Below, piece by piece: positions 59,289 through 64,000 of a DNA stretch of 64,000 nucleotides (position 1 is its first letter; every line of letters begins with the position of its first letter). The notes below the pieces were generated by a model that was given only the letters and a program-made list of their open reading frames with translations, was not told where the DNA came from and ran no database searches. A program made the position numbers and the translations under genes. Source of the stretch: an uncultured Chlamydiae bacterium (GTDB taxonomy: Bacteria > Chlamydiota > Chlamydiia > Chlamydiales > Parachlamydiaceae); NCBI GenBank assembly GCA_963830365.1, contig CAWHMU010000042.1, forward strand, positions 96,001-160,000. Reading direction: 5' to 3'.

Positions 59289-61463
59289 ATGACAACGAAA
59301 CCAACTGCTGGCGACATGCATTTCTATGACAGCCTCTCAAAATTGATCCATGCCGATCATTACGACCCTCACACACTGTTAGGTTTTCATATTAATGCGA
59401 CCGGCGCTAAAGTCATCCGCCTCTGGCGTCCAGGCGCCCGCCAGGTGTTCCTGGAAGTTTTTGGCGAAATTGTCGAAGCCACAAAAGTCCATGAAAGCGG
59501 CCTCTTTGAGTATCTTGCTCCCAGAGATACCATGGCCAATGACTACCGCGTCTACCATCTGAGCGGCCTGCTGGCCCACGACCCTTATGCTTTTTTACCT
59601 ACCTTCGGCGAGCTGGACCAGTATCTTTTCGGCACCGGTGTGCACTATCAGCTCTATCGCGTGCTGGGTGGGCGGTTGGCAGTGCAGCAGGGTGTTTCCG
59701 GCGTTAAATTCGCCGTTTGGGCGCCTGCGGCCCGCAGCGTGGCGCTGGTGGCCGATTTCAACCATTGGGATGGCAGGATCAATCCTATGCGTTGCCTGGC
59801 GGAATCGGGCGTGTGGGAGATCTTTATTCCAGGGTTGGCAGAAGGGGAGAAATATAAATTTGAGGTCAAGACGCAGGCTGGTGAGATCCTTGTTAAAGCC
59901 GATCCGCTGGCCTATGCCAGCGAGTTGCGCCCGGCGACAGCCTCTAAAGTGGCCAATCTGGAGCGTTTCTGCTGGGATGATGGGGAGTGGCTGGCCAGGC
60001 GTTTGCAGCAACGGCGCAAGGCCCAGCCGATGACTATCTATGAAGTGCATCTCGGCTCATGGAAGATGAATAATGGCTGCTTGCTCAATTATCGTGAGTT
60101 AGCGCTGCAGCTGGCTGCCTACTGCCAGGAGATGGGTTTTACGCATGTCGAATTGCTGCCCATCCAGGAGCATCCGCTCGATGAGTCGTGGGGATACCAA
60201 GTATCGGGCTTTTATGCCGTTACCAGCCGTTTCGGCACGCCTGAGGATTTTCAGTGGTTCGTCAACCACCTGCACAAAAATGGCGTTGGCGTCATCCTCG
60301 ATTGGGTGCCTGGGCATTTCCCTACCGACAAATTTTCGCTCGGGCGTTTTGACGGCACCAGCCTATACGAGCATGAAGACCCTCGCCAAGGCTTCCACCC
60401 TCATTGGGGCACCTATATCTTTAATTTCGGACGCAAAGAAGTCGCCAACTTCCTGATCGCCAACGCGCTCTATTGGTTTGAGCAGATGCATATCGACGGT
60501 CTGCGCGTCGACGCTGTCGCCTCGATGCTTTATCTTGATTATGGCAGGGAGAACGGGGAGTGGATACCGAACAAATACGGCAGCAAAGAAAATATCGAAG
60601 CCATCGAATTTTTCAAGCACCTCAATTCGATCGTTCACCAGCATTTTCCCGGCGTCTGCATGATCGCCGAGGAATCGACCTCCTTTATGGGGGTGACGCA
60701 TCCCGTTGAGCAGGGAGGGCTTGGCTTTGATATGAAGTGGAATATGGGCTGGATGAATGATACGCTGCGCTTTTTCCAAAAAGACATGCTTTTCCGCCAG
60801 CACCATCACAACGACCTCACCTTCGGCCTGCTGTATGCCTTCTCTGAAAAATTCGTGCTGGTGCTGTCGCACGACGAAGTGGTGCACGGCAAGAAAAGCC
60901 TCATCGGCAAGATGCCGGGCGACCTGTGGCAGAAATTTGCCAACTTGCGCCTGCTGCTGAGTTATATGGTCTGCCAACCCGGCAAGAAGCTGCTCTTCAT
61001 GGGCGGCGAAATCGGCCAGTGGAATGAGTGGAATTGCAAGGGCGAGATCGAATGGGGATTGCTGCAATATCCCACCCATCACGGCCTTCAAACCATGGTC
61101 AAAGAACTCAACCACCTTTACTTGGAAAACAGCTGCCTATGGGAGCATGATTTCGACTATACGGGCTTTGAGTGGGTGGATTTTGCCGATGTGAAAAATA
61201 GCGTCATCAGCTATCTGCGCAAAGGCTCTACCGGCAGATTTTTATGCGTGCACAACTTCACGCCGGCCTATTTCGCCGAATATACAGTCCCCATCACACA
61301 TTTTGCTACCGTCGAGGAAGTCTTTAATTCCGACCACACGTCATATGGGGGCACGGGCAAGATTAATCCCCATCCTCATGTCCTCTATACACATTCAGGT
61401 CACCCGCAGGCGATCAACATCCAGCTGGCGCCGCTTGCGACCATGATTTTCCGCATAGGCTAA
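59289..61463 (+). CDS. glgB: 1,4-alpha-glucan branching enzyme
   Basis: FAVWAP.A, YEVHLGSW, DWVPGHF, RVDAVASM and LSHDEVVHGK motifs. Confidence 0.97.
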   Translation: MTTKPTAGDMHFYDSLSKLIHADHYDPHTLLGFHINATGAKVIRLWRPGARQVFLEVFGEIVEATKVHESGLFEYLAPRDTMANDYRVYHLSGLLAHDPYAFLPTFGELDQYLFGTGVHYQLYRVLGGRLAVQQGVSGVKFAVWAPAARSVALVADFNHWDGRINPMRCLAESGVWEIFIPGLAEGEKYKFEVKTQAGEILVKADPLAYASELRPATASKVANLERFCWDDGEWLARRLQQRRKAQPMTIYEVHLGSWKMNNGCLLNYRELALQLAAYCQEMGFTHVELLPIQEHPLDESWGYQVSGFYAVTSRFGTPEDFQWFVNHLHKNGVGVILDWVPGHFPTDKFSLGRFDGTSLYEHEDPRQGFHPHWGTYIFNFGRKEVANFLIANALYWFEQMHIDGLRVDAVASMLYLDYGRENGEWIPNKYGSKENIEAIEFFKHLNSIVHQHFPGVCMIAEESTSFMGVTHPVEQGGLGFDMKWNMGWMNDTLRFFQKDMLFRQHHHNDLTFGLLYAFSEKFVLVLSHDEVVHGKKSLIGKMPGDLWQKFANLRLLLSYMVCQPGKKLLFMGGEIGQWNEWNCKGEIEWGLLQYPTHHGLQTMVKELNHLYLENSCLWEHDFDYTGFEWVDFADVKNSVISYLRKGSTGRFLCVHNFTPAYFAEYTVPITHFATVEEVFNSDHTSYGGTGKINPHPHVLYTHSGHPQAINIQLAPLATMIFRIG

Positions 61464-61466
61464 GCG

Positions 61467-63470
61467 ATGAAAGCACATGCTACTCTCCAGGAATATAACG
61501 AACTCTGCCAAGAGATATGGGCGCATAATCACAAATATTATGTCGAACATAAGCCCGCCATCAGCGATGAGGAATTCGATGCTCTCTATCGCCAGCTGCA
61601 GGAAATTGAAAATGCCCATCCCGACTGGATCTCACCCGACTCGCCCACCCAGCAGGTGATGGAAGCCCTGACAGAGGGCTTTAAAACGGTACAGCATCGC
61701 GTGCCTATGCTGTCGTTGGCCAACACCTATAGCAAGGAAGAGATCGCCGATTTCATCAAACGCATCCACAAGCTGGTCGAACACGGCGCCTTTGCCTTCT
61801 CCTGCGAATTGAAGATGGACGGCATCGCCATCTCGGCCCTCTATGAGAAGGGTGTCTTTATCAGGGGAGTGACGCGCGGCGATGGACGGATGGGCGATGA
61901 TATCACGGCCAATATGAAGACGATAGCTGATCTGCCCATGCGCCTGCACGGCAAAGATGTGCCCGACCTGCTAGAGGTGCGCGGCGAAGTGTTTATGCGG
62001 CATGCCGTCTTTAAGAAGCTAAATGATGAAAAGGCCGAAGCCGGCGAGTCGCTGTGGGCCAATCCGCGCAATGCCGCCGCCGGCTCGCTAAAGCTGCTCG
62101 ATCCGCGCGAAGTGGCGAGACGCCGGCTGTCGGTGGTGTTTTACGGCGTGGCGGAAGATTCCGCCGGCGCTTTTAAGAGCCAAGAGGACTGTCATGGCTA
62201 TCTGCAGGGACATGGGCTGCCGGCCTTGCAATGCCATGCCCTTTGCCACTCGCTGGATGAGATCTGGCAGTTTACCGAAATGGTGCGGCAAAAGCGCCCA
62301 TCGTTAGAGTATGACATCGATGGCGTCGTCATCAAGCTCAACGATCTGCGTGAACAAAAGCGTCTCGGCAGCACGGCTAAAAACCCCCGTTGGGCCATTG
62401 CCTACAAATTTGCCGCCGAGCAGGCCACAACGCGTATCCGCGCCATCACGGTGCAGGTGGGGCGCACCGGCATCCTGACCCCTGTGGCAGAGCTTGAACC
62501 TGTTTTTCTGGCCGGCAGCACCATCGCGCGCGCCACGCTGCATAATGAAGACGAGGTGAAGCGCAAAGATATCCGCCTCGGCGATACTGTGACCATCGAA
62601 AAGGGCGGCGACGTCATCCCCAAAGTCGTCTCTGTCGATCTCAGCCGGCGCCAGACGGCAAGCCCAGCCTGGCAGATGCCGGAGCATTGCCCCAGCTGCC
62701 ATGCCAAAGTGGTCAGAATCCCGGGCGAGGTGGCCGTGCGCTGTCCGAACAGCGCGCACTGTCCTGAACAGCAGCTGCGCAGCCTGTGCTACTTCGTCAG
62801 CAAGCCGGCCATGGATATCGATAATATGGGTGAAAAGGTCGTCGAGAAGCTGATCGCTAAAGATTTCCTTCGGCAACCTTCAGATATCTATCGCCTGACT
62901 GAAGCGCAGCTCTATCAGCTGGAAGGTTTTAAAGAAAAATCGGTGCATAACCTGTTGCAAAGCATCGAAAAGTCCAAGGATGTGCCGCTTTCGCGTTTCA
63001 TCATGGCCCTCGGCATCAAACATATCGGCTCCGGCACAGCCGAACTTTTGGCAGCTAAGTCGGGCTCCATAGAAACTTTGATGCAGCTGTCGGTCGATGA
63101 GTTACTGCGTATCGAAGGCGTCGGCGCTATCGTCGCCTCTGCCGTCGTCGAATACTTTGGCAATGACAGCCACCGGCAGGAGATCGCCAGGCTGCTGGCG
63201 CTAGGGGTCAAACCGCAGCAGCAGCAGACAGTGAGCTACACCGACCACGCCTTCAACGGCAAGATCTTCGTCTTAACCGGCACGCTGCCAAGCTTCACGC
63301 GCCAGGCTGCCGCCGGCCTGATCAAGGAGCGGGGCGGTAAAGTGACCGATTCCGTCAGTAAAAAGACCGATTTCGTCCTGGCCGGCGAGGCCGCCGGCTC
63401 AAAGCTTGACAAGGCCCAGAGCTTGGGGGTTGCCATCCTTGATGAAGCCCAGTTTGTCGCCCTGCTCTAG
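61467..63470 (+). CDS. ligA: NAD-dependent DNA ligase
   Basis: KMDG adenylation motif, NPRNAAAGSL, zinc finger and BRCT domain. Confidence 0.98.
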   Translation: MKAHATLQEYNELCQEIWAHNHKYYVEHKPAISDEEFDALYRQLQEIENAHPDWISPDSPTQQVMEALTEGFKTVQHRVPMLSLANTYSKEEIADFIKRIHKLVEHGAFAFSCELKMDGIAISALYEKGVFIRGVTRGDGRMGDDITANMKTIADLPMRLHGKDVPDLLEVRGEVFMRHAVFKKLNDEKAEAGESLWANPRNAAAGSLKLLDPREVARRRLSVVFYGVAEDSAGAFKSQEDCHGYLQGHGLPALQCHALCHSLDEIWQFTEMVRQKRPSLEYDIDGVVIKLNDLREQKRLGSTAKNPRWAIAYKFAAEQATTRIRAITVQVGRTGILTPVAELEPVFLAGSTIARATLHNEDEVKRKDIRLGDTVTIEKGGDVIPKVVSVDLSRRQTASPAWQMPEHCPSCHAKVVRIPGEVAVRCPNSAHCPEQQLRSLCYFVSKPAMDIDNMGEKVVEKLIAKDFLRQPSDIYRLTEAQLYQLEGFKEKSVHNLLQSIEKSKDVPLSRFIMALGIKHIGSGTAELLAAKSGSIETLMQLSVDELLRIEGVGAIVASAVVEYFGNDSHRQEIARLLALGVKPQQQQTVSYTDHAFNGKIFVLTGTLPSFTRQAAAGLIKERGGKVTDSVSKKTDFVLAGEAAGSKLDKAQSLGVAILDEAQFVALL

Positions 63471-63704
63471 GACTTGCTTAGGGCTTGCTTAGGGCTTGCT
63501 CTAGGGCTGCGCGACGCTGCATTCACCATAAAAGGCATTCACAGCAGAGACTCAGCGGCAGGTGCGATCGGTGACATAGGTAACAGTTGATTCACCCACA
63601 GAGCTTGTCGTTACCCACAACTATCAATCGAATGTTTTAAGTCATTTTTTTTCCATTATCATCTTCGTCGGGAAAATATCCGATCACCAAAGTAAAAAGA
63701 GAGG

Positions 63705-64000
63705 AACTCCTACGGAGTTAAACAAGAATATGAGTTTTCCCGTAGCTGCGGGTGTATTCGCTTTCGCTCGCACGCCTTAGCCACGGGCTACAAAGAGATA
63801 AGCTCCGCCAACAAAAAAGCTTTGAAATATATTCACAATAAGGTTTATTAATCTACCTTCTCTGCTGCTACATAGGCCATGATTTCTGTTGAGGTCTTGC
63901 AGATCGATCTCTTTGTAGCCCGTAGTTAAGGCTTGCGAGCGAAAGCGAAGACAGCCGCAACTACGGGAAAACGAATCATTGCATTTAACTCCCTAGGAGT
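63705..64000. repeat. REP/REPIN-like inverted repeat element
   Basis: ttttcccgtagctgcgg...gctacaaagagat pairs with atctctttgtagccc...ccgcaactacgggaaaa; short actcc..ggagt hairpins at both ends. Confidence 0.7.

Noticed and set aside
63465..63510. 11-bp tandem repeat (tagggcttgct) at the ligA stop and nearby DnaA-like 9-mers
   Set aside because: Short slippage repeat; too few and too degenerate boxes to call an origin.

Overview
A chromosomal segment that looks like an environmental Chlamydiae (Parachlamydiaceae-like) genome. The inference rests on a CPAF-like protease C-terminus, the gmk-rpoZ-like-metG order, a hit/MYG1/large LOG-like cluster, glgB with its conserved upstream gene, a groEL paralog and a eukaryote-type sterol reductase. 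Most of the window is housekeeping and transport genes. The standout is a ~2.2 kb locus (29388-31626) of 11 hairpin-forming units of ~155-185 bp that embed one GxxExxY (PD-(D/E)XK-type) nuclease gene. The hairpin loops are recognisably decayed copies of that gene's 5' end, and a solo inverted unit lies 25 kb away, which suggests an uncharacterised nuclease-plus-repeat mobile or RNA system. A parallel case is an unannotated, internally deleted four-helix-bundle-suffix gene (19667-20004) bracketed by a different 9-nt-periodic inverted repeat family. Other notable items: an ISL3 element inserted into an identical copy of itself with both 8-bp target duplications intact, several MITE/REP-like palindromes, a NadC with substituted PRPP-site residues and a frameshifted HEAT-repeat gene. 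No rRNA, tRNA or CRISPR array was recognised.
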